The notes: generated by a model from the letters alone, not told the origin. DNA of 64,000 nt from Trueperaceae bacterium (GCA_965215565.1 CBDCDZ010000004.1:1344001-1408000); one strand, 5' to 3'. Positions 28,088 to 39,095 are shown, counted from the stretch's first letter. A program made the numbers and translations.

Positions 28088-28958
28088 TCCACTTGTAAAG
28101 CGCATGCGCTTAGGTCCGCTGACCACCTTGGGTGTTGGCGGCGAAGCGGAGCTGTGGGAAGTCGGAGACGAGAAGGGATTACGTCAAGCTACCACCGAAG
28201 CCTACCGCGTCTTAGGCGCAGGCTCGAACGTGCTCATCAGCGACGCGGGCGTGCCGGAGCGCGTTATCAAGTTGGGGCGTGCGTACAATACGATTCGTGA
28301 CTTTGACGGAGCGCGTGACCTCTGGTTGGGCGCGGCGACGCCACTGCCCGGTCTGGTGCGCCGCGCCACCGAAGCTGGGCTTTCTGGTCTGGAACCGCTT
28401 CTCGGTATTCCCGCTGTTTTAGGCGGCGCGATCACCATGAACGCGGGCACACGCTTCGGCGAGATGTCCGACGTGCTCCAAGAGGTCGAGGTGTTTGTGG
28501 ACGGAGGACTTCATCTTTTGAATGTCGATGCGTTAGGGCTCGAGTACCGCCATAGTCAACTACCCGAGGGAGCCGTCATCACGAGAGCGAGGCTCCGCCT
28601 CACGCCTTCTACGCCCGAGCGCGTCGCCGCAAAAGTTGCGCAAGTCGACGCCGCCCGCAAAGGTCAGCCCAAGATCAAGTCAGCGGGCTGCGCGTTCAAA
28701 AACCCCCCCGGAGACAGCGCGGGCAGACTCATCGACGTGCACGGGCTTAAAGGTCTGCGCGTCGGCAACGCCCAAGTCTCCTCTGAACACGGCAACTTTA
28801 TCGTCAACTTGGGAGGAGCGAGCGCATGTGACGTGATGGAACTTTTAGAGCAGATTAAAGACAGCGTCAACGTCCCCTTAGAGTCCGAATGGCAACTTTG
28901 GGGCTTCGACATGAAGGGCAACGAACAGGAGGCAGCGTGCGCCGCCCCCTCATGCTAG
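28074..28958 (+). CDS. murB: UDP-N-acetylenolpyruvoylglucosamine reductase
   Basis: LGAGSNVL, MNAG, YRHS, SAGCAFKNP, HGNFIVN. Confidence 0.94.
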   Translation: MTPLSPLVKRMRLGPLTTLGVGGEAELWEVGDEKGLRQATTEAYRVLGAGSNVLISDAGVPERVIKLGRAYNTIRDFDGARDLWLGAATPLPGLVRRATEAGLSGLEPLLGIPAVLGGAITMNAGTRFGEMSDVLQEVEVFVDGGLHLLNVDALGLEYRHSQLPEGAVITRARLRLTPSTPERVAAKVAQVDAARKGQPKIKSAGCAFKNPPGDSAGRLIDVHGLKGLRVGNAQVSSEHGNFIVNLGGASACDVMELLEQIKDSVNVPLESEWQLWGFDMKGNEQEAACAAPSC

Positions 28959-29542
28959 CGCTTTTGGTTGCGCTTTTTGCGCTCCTCGTTACGACGCGCT
29001 TCTACCCGCAGGTGACGCGCATAGAAGTCTTGGGCGCGTCGCACTACAGCGACGAAGAGATTTTAGCTCTCGCCAACCTAGAGCGCGGGGACCCGCTTCT
29101 CTGGGTCACGAAGTGGCGCAGCGGCGCGCTCGTCCAAGACCCCTGGATACGCCGCGCCCGCATCATCCGTCACTGGCCGGGCACGCTCTCCGTCGCCGTG
29201 TGGGAACGCGAGCCGTTCGCCCGCTTTGGCGAAACGGTCTACGCGGTAGATGGTACAGTGCTCCCTAATGGTTCAACTGAAAGGGAGGAACTAGTGACAC
29301 TGCGCGGTTGGGGTCCAGACCGCACCGACGAGGCGCTCGCGCTCCTTAAGCTCGTCGCACCTTACGAGCCCGAGGTGTTAAGCTACTCGCCGAGCGGTTT
29401 CGACATTCGCTTCTCCGAATCGTCCCCCAAATCGTCGGTGTACACCCCAAGCGTAGAGCTTTTACAGACGCACTGGTCGGGTTTCGCGGGTCAGAGCGAG
29501 AAGCAAATAGCCGTCTACCCCTGGGGAGTGAGCGTACAATGA
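28937..29542 (+). CDS. ftsQ: Cell division protein FtsQ/DivIB
   Basis: TM plus POTRA-like region (IEVLG...PWIRRARIIRHWP), between murB and ftsA; GGAGG before GTG 28937. Confidence 0.8.
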   Translation: MRRPLMLALLVALFALLVTTRFYPQVTRIEVLGASHYSDEEILALANLERGDPLLWVTKWRSGALVQDPWIRRARIIRHWPGTLSVAVWEREPFARFGETVYAVDGTVLPNGSTEREELVTLRGWGPDRTDEALALLKLVAPYEPEVLSYSPSGFDIRFSESSPKSSVYTPSVELLQTHWSGFAGQSEKQIAVYPWGVSVQ

Positions 29543-30783
29543 TGGACGAACGTATAGTCGTCGGTTTAGATATCGGCACGACAAAAATCTGCACTGTAAT
29601 TGGTGAAGTCGCCTCGGATGGGGTTTTGGACATTATCGGCGAGGGAACCGTTCCCTCGGATGGTCTACGCAAAGGCGTCGTCGTGAATTTAGAGCGCACC
29701 ATCGCCTCGGTGCGCCAGTCCATCGCGGCGGCGGAGCGCGTCGCGGGCGTCGAGGTCGAGGAAGCGTGGATAGGCGTGGCGGGCAGTCACCTCAAAGCCT
29801 TTACGAGCCACGGCATGGCGGCGATCCGGCGCGGTCAGGAGATTTCAGGTGCGGACGTCGAGCGCACGATCGAGAACGCTAAAGCCGTCCCTTTAGAAGC
29901 CAATATGGACGTCGTCCACGTCATTCCGCAAGAATACGTCGTGGACGGTCAGGACGGCATCAAAGACCCGGTAGGGATGAGCGGAGTGCGGCTCGAGGTC
30001 GACGTTCACATCGTCGCGGGCGCACAAGGTCCGCTGCAAAACCTCTCGCGCTGCGCCAAGGACGCGGGCGTCAGAGTCGAGGGCATCGTCGTCCAATCGC
30101 TCGCTTCGGGTTTAGCCGTTTTGGACGACAGCGAAAAGGAACTCACCACCGTCTTGATCGACATTGGCGGCGGCACCACCGACGTGGGCGTCTTTCGGCG
30201 CGGCACCTTGGCGGACTCCTCGGTCATCCCCTTGGGTGGTGACCACATCACCCAAGACATCAGCCAACTTTTGCGCATCCCGCCCGACGAGGCCGAGCGC
30301 GTCAAGAAGAAGTACGGCGTCGCGATTCCCGACCTCGCGGACCGAGAGGTAGCCTTAGAGGTCGCGCATCCGAACTACACCGCGTCTTTGTCCACCTTCG
30401 AGCTTGCGCAGGTCATCCGCCCTAGGGTCGCCGAAATTTTAGACCTCGTCAAGCGCTCCATCGAACAGCGTATGGGTGCACTCGAACTCCTAGCGGGCAA
30501 CGTCGTCATCACGGGCGGCGCGTCCTTGATGCCTGGGCTAGACCAAGTTGCCACGGAGCGCTTTCGCTTGCCCGTGCGCGTCGGCAAACCCATCAACATC
30601 TCCGGTTTGGACGACGTCGTGGCGAGCCCGGCTCACGCTACTGCCGTCGGGTTGGTACGGTACGGCGTCGAGCATTCGGCTCAGCAAGCTGCGCATTCAG
30701 GTCCGCGCCGAGTCGGCGGGGGCGAGAGCAGCGTCTCGAACTTTTTCAGCAACATCCGCGATTTTCTCAAGGATTTTTTCTAG
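29539..30783 (+). CDS. ftsA: Cell division protein FtsA
   Basis: GLDIGTTKI, DIGGGTTD, VITGGAS. Confidence 0.96.
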   Translation: MMDERIVVGLDIGTTKICTVIGEVASDGVLDIIGEGTVPSDGLRKGVVVNLERTIASVRQSIAAAERVAGVEVEEAWIGVAGSHLKAFTSHGMAAIRRGQEISGADVERTIENAKAVPLEANMDVVHVIPQEYVVDGQDGIKDPVGMSGVRLEVDVHIVAGAQGPLQNLSRCAKDAGVRVEGIVVQSLASGLAVLDDSEKELTTVLIDIGGGTTDVGVFRRGTLADSSVIPLGGDHITQDISQLLRIPPDEAERVKKKYGVAIPDLADREVALEVAHPNYTASLSTFELAQVIRPRVAEILDLVKRSIEQRMGALELLAGNVVITGGASLMPGLDQVATERFRLPVRVGKPINISGLDDVVASPAHATAVGLVRYGVEHSAQQAAHSGPRRVGGGESSVSNFFSNIRDFLKDFF

Positions 30784-30847
30784 TGACTTTTTCTGGGGGG
30801 CTTTTCTCAATGGACTATTCTATTCTTTCAGTTTTAAGGAGTAAACT

Positions 30848-31921
30848 ATGACCATCAGCAGCGCAAACATGGATAACGCCGTCATCAGAGTGATTGGTCT
30901 TGGAGGGGGCGGCAACAACGCCGTCAACCGGATGATTGAAGCGGGTTTAGAGGGCGTGCAGTTCGTCGCTGCAAACACCGACGCGCAAGTTTTAACCACG
31001 AGCTTGGCGGACACCCGCATCCAGATGGGCGATCACCTCACGAAAGGCTTGGGCGCGGGCGCGAACCCCGAGATCGGCGAGAAAGCCGCCAACGAGGACC
31101 GCGACCGCATCGCCGAGCAGGTGCGCAACTCCGACTTAGTCTTTATCACCGCCGGGATGGGTGGCGGCACGGGCACGGGCAGTGCGCCCGTCGTGGCGGA
31201 AATAGCCCGCGAACAAGGGGCGCTCACCGTCGCGGTCGTCACCACGCCCTTCAGCTTTGAAGGCCCTAAGCGGATGCGCCAGGCGGAAGAAGGGTTAAGA
31301 CGGCTCGAGGACAAAGTCGACGCCCTCATCGTCGTGGAAAACCAGCGCCTCTTGTCCGCTTTGGACCGCAAGGTCAAGCTCACCGACGCTTTCCGCGTCG
31401 CCGACCGCGTCCTCTACTACGGCGTCAAAGGCATCAGCGACGTCATCAACATGTCGGGTCTCATCAACGTGGACTTCGCCGACGTGCGCGCCCTCCTCTC
31501 GGGCGCGGGCACTGTGCTCATGGGTATCGGCACAGGGCGCGGCGAGCAGCTTGTCGAAGAGGCGGCGAACAGCGCCACGCACAGCCCGCTCTTGGCGCGA
31601 GGTGTCGAGGGCGCGCACCAACTCCTCATCAACATCACGGGCTCGGAAGAACTCACGCTTTTCGACGCCCACGAAATCGTCGAGAAGATCAGCGAAGCCA
31701 CCGAAGTCGAGGACGTCAACGTACTCTTCGGCGTCACCTACGACGAAGCCGCCGCCGACGAGGTGCGCGTGACCGTCATCGCCGCAGGCTTCGACCACAA
31801 CCCGCAGACCAAGATTTTACGCCCCGCCCAACTTCGCGCCGCGGGCGGCGCAGGGCGCTCGTACGACCCCTCGAACTACGACATCCCCGCCTTCTTGCGC
31901 TACAACACGGACGAGAATTAA
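30848..31921 (+). CDS. ftsZ: Cell division protein FtsZ
   Basis: [24 protein letters not shown]-terminal DIPAFLR. Confidence 0.97.
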   Translation: MTISSANMDNAVIRVIGLGGGGNNAVNRMIEAGLEGVQFVAANTDAQVLTTSLADTRIQMGDHLTKGLGAGANPEIGEKAANEDRDRIAEQVRNSDLVFITAGMGGGTGTGSAPVVAEIAREQGALTVAVVTTPFSFEGPKRMRQAEEGLRRLEDKVDALIVVENQRLLSALDRKVKLTDAFRVADRVLYYGVKGISDVINMSGLINVDFADVRALLSGAGTVLMGIGTGRGEQLVEEAANSATHSPLLARGVEGAHQLLINITGSEELTLFDAHEIVEKISEATEVEDVNVLFGVTYDEAAADEVRVTVIAAGFDHNPQTKILRPAQLRAAGGAGRSYDPSNYDIPAFLRYNTDEN

Positions 31922-31924
31922 AAG

Positions 31925-31999
31925 TAGCTCTTAGCCATTAGGTATTAGCTTTTAGCACAACCCTTTCAGCTAGTACCTAACAGCTAACGGCTCATAGCT
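31925..31999. repeat. Heptamer-based palindromic intergenic repeat
   Basis: TAGCTCT TAGCCAT TAGGTAT TAGCTTT ... GCTAGTA CCTAACA GCTAACG GCTCATA; sister element at 62225. Confidence 0.65.
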
Positions 32000-32000
32000 T

Positions 32001-32519
32001 ATGAAAAGAGAGGTCATCTACGGCGGCAATATCATCACCGTCGTCAAACTCGACGATCACTGGGAAGTCGTCGAGCATACGGCGGCGGTCTGCGTGCTCG
32101 CTTTGCGAGACGGCGAAAGAGGTCAAGAGGTTTTGGGCGTGGTACAGCCGCGTCCGGCTATTCAAGTGGATACGTGGGAACTGCCAGCCGGGTTAGTCGA
32201 AGAGGGCGAAGAGCCTAGAGACGCCGCGCTGCGCGAATTCGCTGAGGAGTGCCAACTCACGGGCGACTTAACCCTTCTGACGCAGGTGCACTCGAGTCCC
32301 GGCTTCTGCACCGAAAAGGCTTACGTTTACGAAGCGACGAACTTGCAACCTGCCGAGGGCACGCCCGACGCGAGCGAAGATATCACCCTCTCGTGGCGCA
32401 ATTTGGAAGAGGTCTGGCGGGAGGTCTCGAGCGGTCAAACGCAAAGCAGCGCCCACGCTCTCATCGCCCTGACCTACGCCCTCGGACGTAGTGGACGTTT
32501 GGGCGGACCTGGTTCTTGA
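32001..32519 (+). CDS. NUDIX hydrolase (ADP-ribose pyrophosphatase-like)
   Basis: Nudix box ELPAGLVEEGEEPRDAALREFAEE; SSPGF. Confidence 0.9.
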   Translation: MKREVIYGGNIITVVKLDDHWEVVEHTAAVCVLALRDGERGQEVLGVVQPRPAIQVDTWELPAGLVEEGEEPRDAALREFAEECQLTGDLTLLTQVHSSPGFCTEKAYVYEATNLQPAEGTPDASEDITLSWRNLEEVWREVSSGQTQSSAHALIALTYALGRSGRLGGPGS

Positions 32520-33426
32520 ACCCCGGAACTTCTCCTTGAATAGTGCCTCCTCTCTCAACGACTTGGATTCGACAGGCGCGGTCATCTGTATCGGCAACTT
32601 CGACGGCGTTCACTTGGGTCATCAGATGCTCTTAGAAGAAATGCGCGCGGTTAGTGAGCGTCAGAGTATACCGAGCATCGTCGTCACCTTTTTTCCGCCT
32701 GCCAAAGTCGTGTTTGGCAAAGGCAGCTATTTAACGAGCCGCGAGGAGAAAATCCACCTCTTAGGGGCGTTCGAGCCGGACGCTGTGGTGATAACGGAGT
32801 TTAGCCTCGAGTACGCTCAAACCCCCAAAGAGGTCTTTTTAGACGAACTGCGCCGCGTGAGTCCGAGCCACATTATCGTCGGCGAGGACTTCCGCTTCGG
32901 TCACAAGCGGAGCGGCGGGCTAGACGATTTGCAGCACGTGACTGAGCGCTTGGAGGTTTTCGGACTCAAAAAGTTAGACGATGATCCTATTAAATCTTCA
33001 CGTATCCGCGAGCTTCTGCAAGTGGGCAACGTGGAGGAGGCGAAGCGGTTCTTGGGTCATAGCTACCTCGCTATTGGTGAGGTCGTAGAGGGCGAGAAGC
33101 GCGGGCGCAGCATCGGTTTTCCCACAGCGAATATCAAGCTCCCTCCTGAAAAGGCGTTGCCGCTCGGTGTGTTCGCTGTTCGGGTAGAGACGCCGGGAGG
33201 GGAGTTCGGCGGCATGGCGAACGTCGGACCGCGTCCGAGTTTTCCCGAGGAGCCGCCCTCGTTGGAGGTCTACCTCTTCGACTTTGGGGGCGACTTGTAC
33301 GGAGAGACGCTCACCGTGTCGTTCGAGCACTTTATACGCGGTCAGATCAAGTTTTCGGGCTTAGAAGAGGTCAAGGCGCAACTTACTAAGGATGAGGAAC
33401 AAGCAAGAGGTCTTTTGCAGCGCTAG
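32491..33426 (+). CDS. ribF: Bifunctional riboflavin kinase/FAD synthetase
   Basis: IGNFDGVHLGHQ, GEDFRFG, SSRIR, GFPTAN; the true start may be slightly downstream. Confidence 0.94.
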   Translation: MDVWADLVLEPRNFSLNSASSLNDLDSTGAVICIGNFDGVHLGHQMLLEEMRAVSERQSIPSIVVTFFPPAKVVFGKGSYLTSREEKIHLLGAFEPDAVVITEFSLEYAQTPKEVFLDELRRVSPSHIIVGEDFRFGHKRSGGLDDLQHVTERLEVFGLKKLDDDPIKSSRIRELLQVGNVEEAKRFLGHSYLAIGEVVEGEKRGRSIGFPTANIKLPPEKALPLGVFAVRVETPGGEFGGMANVGPRPSFPEEPPSLEVYLFDFGGDLYGETLTVSFEHFIRGQIKFSGLEEVKAQLTKDEEQARGLLQR

Positions 33427-33443
33427 CCGAAGATTTCGCCTAG

Positions 33444-33809
33444 CGGAAGTTCCCAGTTAGAGAAAAGAGGTCGGACGTTCACAGCGGCGCGTTCGGCTCG
33501 AGCTGGACGCCTAAAGAATACCTCAAGGTCATGCGGACGCCTGGCTTCGACGCGGGGCGCGAACTGGTCGTAGTTGCACCTGAGGGACGTTTTGCAGCCT
33601 TTCTCGTCTATTGGCTGGACCCGGTGAGCAAAACGGGGCTGTTCGAACCCGTAGGATGTCACGAAGACTTCCGGTGTTTAGGGTTGAGCAAAGCGCTCAT
33701 GGTCGAGGCGATGAAGCGGATGATGGACGCTGGTATGGAAAGAGCCGTGGTGGGGTATAGCAGCGGCAACGTAGCGGCTAGGAAGCTGTACGCTTCGGTT
33801 GGGTTTTAG
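33444..33809 (+). pseudogene. C-terminal remnant of a GNAT acetyltransferase
   Basis: FEPVGCHEDFRCLGLSKALM and NVAARKLYASVGF motifs; the frame is open upstream of ATG 33531 only to a TAG at 33441. Confidence 0.6.
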
Positions 33810-33883
33810 AGGCACATTAGGACGTTCGACTGCGACGTTCATTTGGATGGTGGGCGAGGTTGAGCCTCGAGGGAGGAGAAACG

Positions 33884-35032
33884 ATGATACGCCTCAAGAT
33901 GGGCATGGTAGGCGGCGGCAAGGACGCCTTTATCGGCGCGGTGCACCGCCGCGCCGCTGCGCTGGACGGCGGCACCGACTTCGTTGCGGGCGCACTCTCC
34001 TCGACGCCGGAGAAGGCGAAGGCGTCCGGGCGCGCGCTCGGCTTGGCGGAGGGGCGCAACTACGGCACCTGGGAGGAGATGCTGGAGCGCGAGCTTTCCC
34101 TGAGCGAAGACGAACGCATCGACTTCGTCTCGGTGGTCACACCCAACCACCTGCACTTTTCGGTGGCGCACGCCTTTGTGGAGGCGGGCTTTAACGTCGT
34201 GTCTGACAAGCCGCTGGTTCACACTTCCGAGCAAGCGGAGCAGCTCATCAAAGCGGTAGAGAGAACGGGCGTCGTCTTCGCCGTGACCTACAACTACACG
34301 GGCTATCCGCTGGTCAAACAGGCGCGGCACATGGTCAAGGAGGGTCAGCTCGGCGAACTGCGCAAGGTCATCGTGGAGTACAACCAGGGCTGGCTGGCGA
34401 CCAAGTTGGAGGACGAGGGCACGAAAGGAGCCGAGTGGCGCACCGACCCCGAGCGTTCGGGCGTCGCGGGCACCGTGGGCGACATCGGTTCACACGCGGA
34501 GAACTTAGTAGCGACGATTACGGAGCTAGAACTCAGCGCCCTCTGCGCCGACCTCACGACCTTCGTGCCGGGGCGCAAGTTGGACGACGACGCCAACCTC
34601 TTGCTGCGTTTCGCGGGCGGCGCGAAAGGGGTGCTGATCTGCTCGCAGATTGCAACGGGCGAGGAGAACGCGCTGCGCCTCCGCGTCTACGGCGATAAGG
34701 GCGGGCTCGAGTGGTTCCAAGAGGAGCCCAACACGCTGACCTTTAGACCGTTGGGGGGTCCCGCAAAGGTCCTTAGACCGGGCAATCCGTATCTCTGCGA
34801 GGCGGCGCAAAGGGCGAGCTGCTTCCCGCCCGGTCATCCTGAAGCGTTTTTAGAAGCCTTCGCCAACGTTTACGGGAATGTGACGGCAACGATAAGGGCG
34901 AGAAGAGAGGGGCGCGAGCCGGACGCGCTCGAGCGGGACTTTCCCACGGTTTACGACGGAGCAAGAGGCGTGCGCTTCACCGAAAAAACTGTCGAGAGTG
35001 CCAAAAGTCAAGAGAAGTGGACGGCGGTGTAA
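33884..35032 (+). CDS. Gfo/Idh/MocA-family oxidoreductase
   Basis: [38 protein letters not shown]. Confidence 0.9.
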   Translation: MIRLKMGMVGGGKDAFIGAVHRRAAALDGGTDFVAGALSSTPEKAKASGRALGLAEGRNYGTWEEMLERELSLSEDERIDFVSVVTPNHLHFSVAHAFVEAGFNVVSDKPLVHTSEQAEQLIKAVERTGVVFAVTYNYTGYPLVKQARHMVKEGQLGELRKVIVEYNQGWLATKLEDEGTKGAEWRTDPERSGVAGTVGDIGSHAENLVATITELELSALCADLTTFVPGRKLDDDANLLLRFAGGAKGVLICSQIATGEENALRLRVYGDKGGLEWFQEEPNTLTFRPLGGPAKVLRPGNPYLCEAAQRASCFPPGHPEAFLEAFANVYGNVTATIRARREGREPDALERDFPTVYDGARGVRFTEKTVESAKSQEKWTAV

Positions 35033-35161
35033 AACAGGTCTACACCTCATCCGCCTTCGCGAATACGCGGATGAGCACCACTACCTATCTAAACGTTTCG
35101 TCCGTCCTACACTCTCCCTCTATAATTGATTTGCAAGGCTCTATCTGCTCGGTCCATATCC

Positions 35162-36067
35162 CTATACCGTGTTGAACGCACCTCTTAATACCTGCCAGTA
35201 GCGAACGGGCAAAAGGCGCTGTGTCACGTCTATAACCTGCGCGTCCGCGCCGATGAGCACGCGGTCCCTGCGACGCTGAACCGCGCGCAAAATCACCTCG
35301 GCAGCCTCGTCGGGCGCGGTTCTAAAACTCTGACTGAAGCGCTCCATCTCCCGCCGCGCAACCACGGGGTCAACTGTGGCAGCCACCCGCGCCCCGAGTG
35401 CGATGTTCGTCTTGACGCCGCCCGGATGAACGACGCTTACGCCTAGACGTCCGCGAAGTTCGTGGCGCAACACCTCACTGAAGCCGCGCACGGCGAACTT
35501 GCTCGACGAATACGCCGCTTGCCCTTCCGGGGCGATAAGGCCGAAGACGCTGGATAAGTTCACCAGATGCGCCCCCTTTACGCGAAGAAGGTGCGGCAAA
35601 CACGCCTTGGTGAGCGCCACCACCGCGCGAAAGTTGATGTTTATCAGCCACTCGAACTCCTCTAAGCTGACCTCTTCGAAGCGCCCGCCGAGCGCCACGC
35701 CCGCGTTGTTGACGAGCAGCGTGAGGCGTCCGTGTTCGCGCAAAACATCGGTGACGAGCGCCTCGATGTCCTCGTGCTGTGAGAGGTCTAAGACGTGCGT
35801 GCTGACCTTCACGCCGCGCTGCCGCACCTTAACCGCCACCTCTTCGAGCCCTGCCGCGTTCCGGTCTACGAGCGCGAGGTGCGTCCCCCTAGCTGCTAAC
35901 CCCTCCGCCAAGGCGCGCCCGATACCGCTCGCCGCGCCCGTGAGGAGCGCGACGCCGTCCCTAAAAACAAAGGGGTCCAGCGGGGGTTTCATACGACGCT
36001 CGAGCGTAGCCGCAACGCCTAAGCCCGCGAGACCTGCGCCGATAAGTGCGATTTGAGCTGGTTTCAC
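35162..36067 (-). CDS. Short-chain dehydrogenase/reductase
   Basis: TGAASGIG, NNAG, catalytic YSSSK. Confidence 0.92.
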   Translation of the reverse strand: MKPAQIALIGAGLAGLGVAATLERRMKPPLDPFVFRDGVALLTGAASGIGRALAEGLAARGTHLALVDRNAAGLEEVAVKVRQRGVKVSTHVLDLSQHEDIEALVTDVLREHGRLTLLVNNAGVALGGRFEEVSLEEFEWLININFRAVVALTKACLPHLLRVKGAHLVNLSSVFGLIAPEGQAAYSSSKFAVRGFSEVLRHELRGRLGVSVVHPGGVKTNIALGARVAATVDPVVARREMERFSQSFRTAPDEAAEVILRAVQRRRDRVLIGADAQVIDVTQRLLPVRYWQVLRGAFNTV

Positions 36068-36957
36068 CTCTTGACCTCCAGGTTGTCTAAAAAGTTCAGC
36101 ACTAAAGCGTTGAAGTCGGCAGATTGCTCGAGCTGCGGCGCGTGCCCCGTGTCCCTAAAAAGATGCGTTTGCGCGTGCGGGTAGCGCTGCGCGGCGCTCT
36201 CCAGATGCGCAGCGGGCAACACCTCATCGTACTCGCCCCAGATGATAAGTGTAGGAAGCTCGAGTTCGGCGAGGCGGCGGCTCAGTTCCTCGCGCCAAGC
36301 TGCTCTAACGCCGCGCCACGTGCCCAAGTTGCGCGCCGCAGCGAGAAACGCCCGCGCCGCACCGGGTTGTCGCGCCACATTCAAGCTGTGCGTGATGCGT
36401 TCTTCCGTCGCTAAACTAGGACCATGAACGAGGCTGCGGACGGTATTTTCGGCGCTGCGCCTCGAGGGTTTCATGAGCAGCTCGCCCAGACCGGGCACCG
36501 TGATGAGCCGCAGTGCGAGGATGACCTCTTTACCGAAGCCCGCGCTCGCCACAAGTACAAGTGCCGTCAAACGTTCTGGATACTGCGCGGCGAAAGTTTG
36601 CGCAACCGCGCCGCCTAATGAGTTGCCTAGCAAAGTAGCGGGTCTCGTCTCCCCTACCGCGTCCAAAAAGTCTTTGACAAACGTCGCTAACTGCGCCAAC
36701 GTGTAGGAAATGTCTGGCTTGTCCGTATAGCCAAAGCCGATGAGGTCAGGAGCGTAGAGGCGGTAGCGTTCAGCGAGAGGTGCAGACGCTGACCAGTCCT
36801 CCAAACTGCGCCCGATGCCGTGTAAGAGGACGAGAGGTGGACGTTCTGCACTTCCCGCGACAGCGTAACGGGTACGCACATTCTGACCTTGACTGCGAAC
36901 GTCGCACCACTCGAGCCGCCAATCTAAATTCACCTCATCCGAAGCTAAATGTGGCAT
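36064..36957 (-). CDS. Alpha/beta fold hydrolase
   Basis: LLHGIG, DLIGFGYT, GNSLGG, GHAPQLE; start uncertain (36957 or 36999). Confidence 0.88.
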   Translation of the reverse strand: MPHLASDEVNLDWRLEWCDVRSQGQNVRTRYAVAGSAERPPLVLLHGIGRSLEDWSASAPLAERYRLYAPDLIGFGYTDKPDISYTLAQLATFVKDFLDAVGETRPATLLGNSLGGAVAQTFAAQYPERLTALVLVASAGFGKEVILALRLITVPGLGELLMKPSRRSAENTVRSLVHGPSLATEERITHSLNVARQPGAARAFLAAARNLGTWRGVRAAWREELSRRLAELELPTLIIWGEYDEVLPAAHLESAAQRYPHAQTHLFRDTGHAPQLEQSADFNALVLNFLDNLEVKR

Positions 36958-36999
36958 AGTGCTTTCTACCACGCTCGACCTCTCGCCGTACGTGTACAC

Positions 37000-37911
37000 T
37001 CAGGGCTCGAGCGGGCGAATCCACGGGCTCTCTAGCTCCGCCACCGCCTCGCGCAGCATCGTGGCGAGGACTTTTGAAAGCTGTGAGCGGTACTGCTGCT
37101 GCCGCCACAAGCAGCCCACAGTGCGCTCCGGTTTCGGGTTGCGCAGGGGGATACCCCTCACATGAGGGTCAGCGGAAGAGGTCAGCGCCATCGCGGGCAC
37201 CACCGCCGCCGCCGCCATGTAGCGCACGCTCACGATGACGCTCGCGATAGAACTCATCTCGGCGACGGTGTGGGTGTGGATACCTGCCGCCTCACAACAC
37301 GCCTCCCAGATGCGCTTCGAGCCCGGCACGATGTTGACCATCGCCGCGCCCTCTAGCTCGGGCACCGCCACCTCTTCGCGCCCCCAAAAGGGGTGCGTGT
37401 CGGGCACGACGAGCATGAGTTCTTCCCTGAAGAGCGGCTCGGTCACGAAGTCGGGCTGGTGCTCCCACAAAAAGCCGATGCCCACGTCGAACTCACCCCT
37501 CGAGAGCTGCGGCTCGATCTGGTCACTCGCCAGCTCGCGGATGTTGACCGACACGCCGGGGTAGCGCTTGCCGAACTTCGCCAAAGTGCGCGGCATGAGG
37601 TTGATGTTGACGCTCTGCACCGTGCCGATGGTGAGGTGCCCGCGCTCCAACCGCTCGACTTCGCTCATGACGAGCCTGGCTTCGTGGAGTTCTTGCAGGA
37701 CACGCCGCGCGTAGGGTAAAAAGGCTCCCCCCGCCGAGGTCAGGGTGACGCCGCGCTTGCTGCGCTCTAAGAGAACGGCGCTGAGGATGTGCTCGAGCCG
37801 TTTGAGCTGCTGCGACAGCGCAGGTTGCGACACGCCTAGCCGCTCGGCGGCGCGGGTCACGTTGCCCTCCTCGACGGCAACCACGAAATACCTGAGCAGC
37901 TTCTCGTCCAT
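37000..37911 (-). CDS. LysR-family transcriptional regulator
   Basis: N-terminal HTH TRAAERLGVSQPALSQQLKRLE. Confidence 0.93.
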   Translation of the reverse strand: MDEKLLRYFVVAVEEGNVTRAAERLGVSQPALSQQLKRLEHILSAVLLERSKRGVTLTSAGGAFLPYARRVLQELHEARLVMSEVERLERGHLTIGTVQSVNINLMPRTLAKFGKRYPGVSVNIRELASDQIEPQLSRGEFDVGIGFLWEHQPDFVTEPLFREELMLVVPDTHPFWGREEVAVPELEGAAMVNIVPGSKRIWEACCEAAGIHTHTVAEMSSIASVIVSVRYMAAAAVVPAMALTSSADPHVRGIPLRNPKPERTVGCLWRQQQYRSQLSKVLATMLREAVAELESPWIRPLEP

Positions 37912-37913
37912 TC

Positions 37914-37928
37914 ATAAGTTTATCTTAT
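37914..37928. promoter_or_regulatory. LysR-type T-N11-A box in the divergent promoter
   Basis: ATAAG-TTTAT-CTTAT inverted repeat between the LysR and TAXI genes. Confidence 0.55.
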
Positions 37929-38022
37929 CGTTATTATATGTTTCTAGTTATTTTACTTATCGTCAAATGTAGGTTACACTAATATGTCCTTGCGGGCAAA
38001 ATCAATTTCTGGAGGCCAAATA

Positions 38023-39024
38023 ATGCGTCATCAACCTTGGCGAAGCTCCCTTATCGGCGGCTTCATCCTTATCCTCTGCCTTGCGCTTGCGTTCGGCACC
38101 GCATTCGCTCAGCGTCAGTTCCTTTCGATCGGTGGTGGCTCCACGGGCGGCACCTTCAACACCTTCGCCTCGGGCGTTGGCGACTTCTTGTCGCAGAATA
38201 TCGACGGGCTCAACCTCACCGTGGAGGGCTCGGCAGGCTCAGCAGAGAACATCCGCCGCATCCAACAGGGCGACATGGACATGGGCATCGCCTTCGCTGG
38301 GGACGCATTTTTGGGCTACAACGGCGAGGGCGTCTTCGCCGAAGGGGGTCCATATGACGGCGTTCGCGCCATCGGCTTCCTCTACAGCGCCGTGTCGCAA
38401 CTCGTGACCTTAGAGGAGACGGGCATTACCTCCGCCGAACAGTTGGCGGGCGAAGCCGTCGCTGTCGGCGGCGCAGGCTCGGGCACGCAGCTCTCCTTAG
38501 AGCGCCTCCTGACCACGCTCGGCGTCTACAGCGAAATCGACCCGGTACTCGTCGCTGGACAGAACGCCTCAGATCAGCTCAAAAATCGCCAGGTCGCGGC
38601 GTACCACGCGCTCTTCGGCGTGCCGAACGCAACGGTGACCGACACCTCTTCGACGAACAACGTGGTTATTCTGAGCACCTACGACGCGGCGGAAGAGGCG
38701 GGCTTTTTCGAGCAGTACCCCTTCTACTCGGAGTACGTGATTCCGGCGGGCACCTTTAACGGCGTGGACGAAGATGTGACCACCTTTCGCGACGCGGGGC
38801 TCTGGATCGTCTCCGCCGACGCGGACGAAGAGTTGGTCTATCAGATGACCAAAACCATCTATGATCAAGCGGGCTTAGACCACATGAACCAAGTGACGGC
38901 TGTCGCCTCGGAGATGGGACCGGACAACGCTTTAGTCGGCGTGCAGATTCCACTTCACCCCGGCGCGGCGCGCTACTGGGAAGAGGTCGGCGTCGAAATT
39001 CCCGACGCGGCGCAACCGCAGTAA
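38023..39024 (+). CDS. TAXI-family TRAP transporter solute-binding subunit
   Basis: Signal peptide, GGGSTGGTF, SAGSAENI, GAGSG, IPLHPGAARYW. Confidence 0.9.
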   Translation: MRHQPWRSSLIGGFILILCLALAFGTAFAQRQFLSIGGGSTGGTFNTFASGVGDFLSQNIDGLNLTVEGSAGSAENIRRIQQGDMDMGIAFAGDAFLGYNGEGVFAEGGPYDGVRAIGFLYSAVSQLVTLEETGITSAEQLAGEAVAVGGAGSGTQLSLERLLTTLGVYSEIDPVLVAGQNASDQLKNRQVAAYHALFGVPNATVTDTSSTNNVVILSTYDAAEEAGFFEQYPFYSEYVIPAGTFNGVDEDVTTFRDAGLWIVSADADEELVYQMTKTIYDQAGLDHMNQVTAVASEMGPDNALVGVQIPLHPGAARYWEEVGVEIPDAAQPQ

Positions 39025-39095
39025 ACGTTGTTTATAGGTCTTTAGAGGCGGGGTAACTCGCCTCTTCTTTCATGAGGAGTCATTAGGAGAACAAC

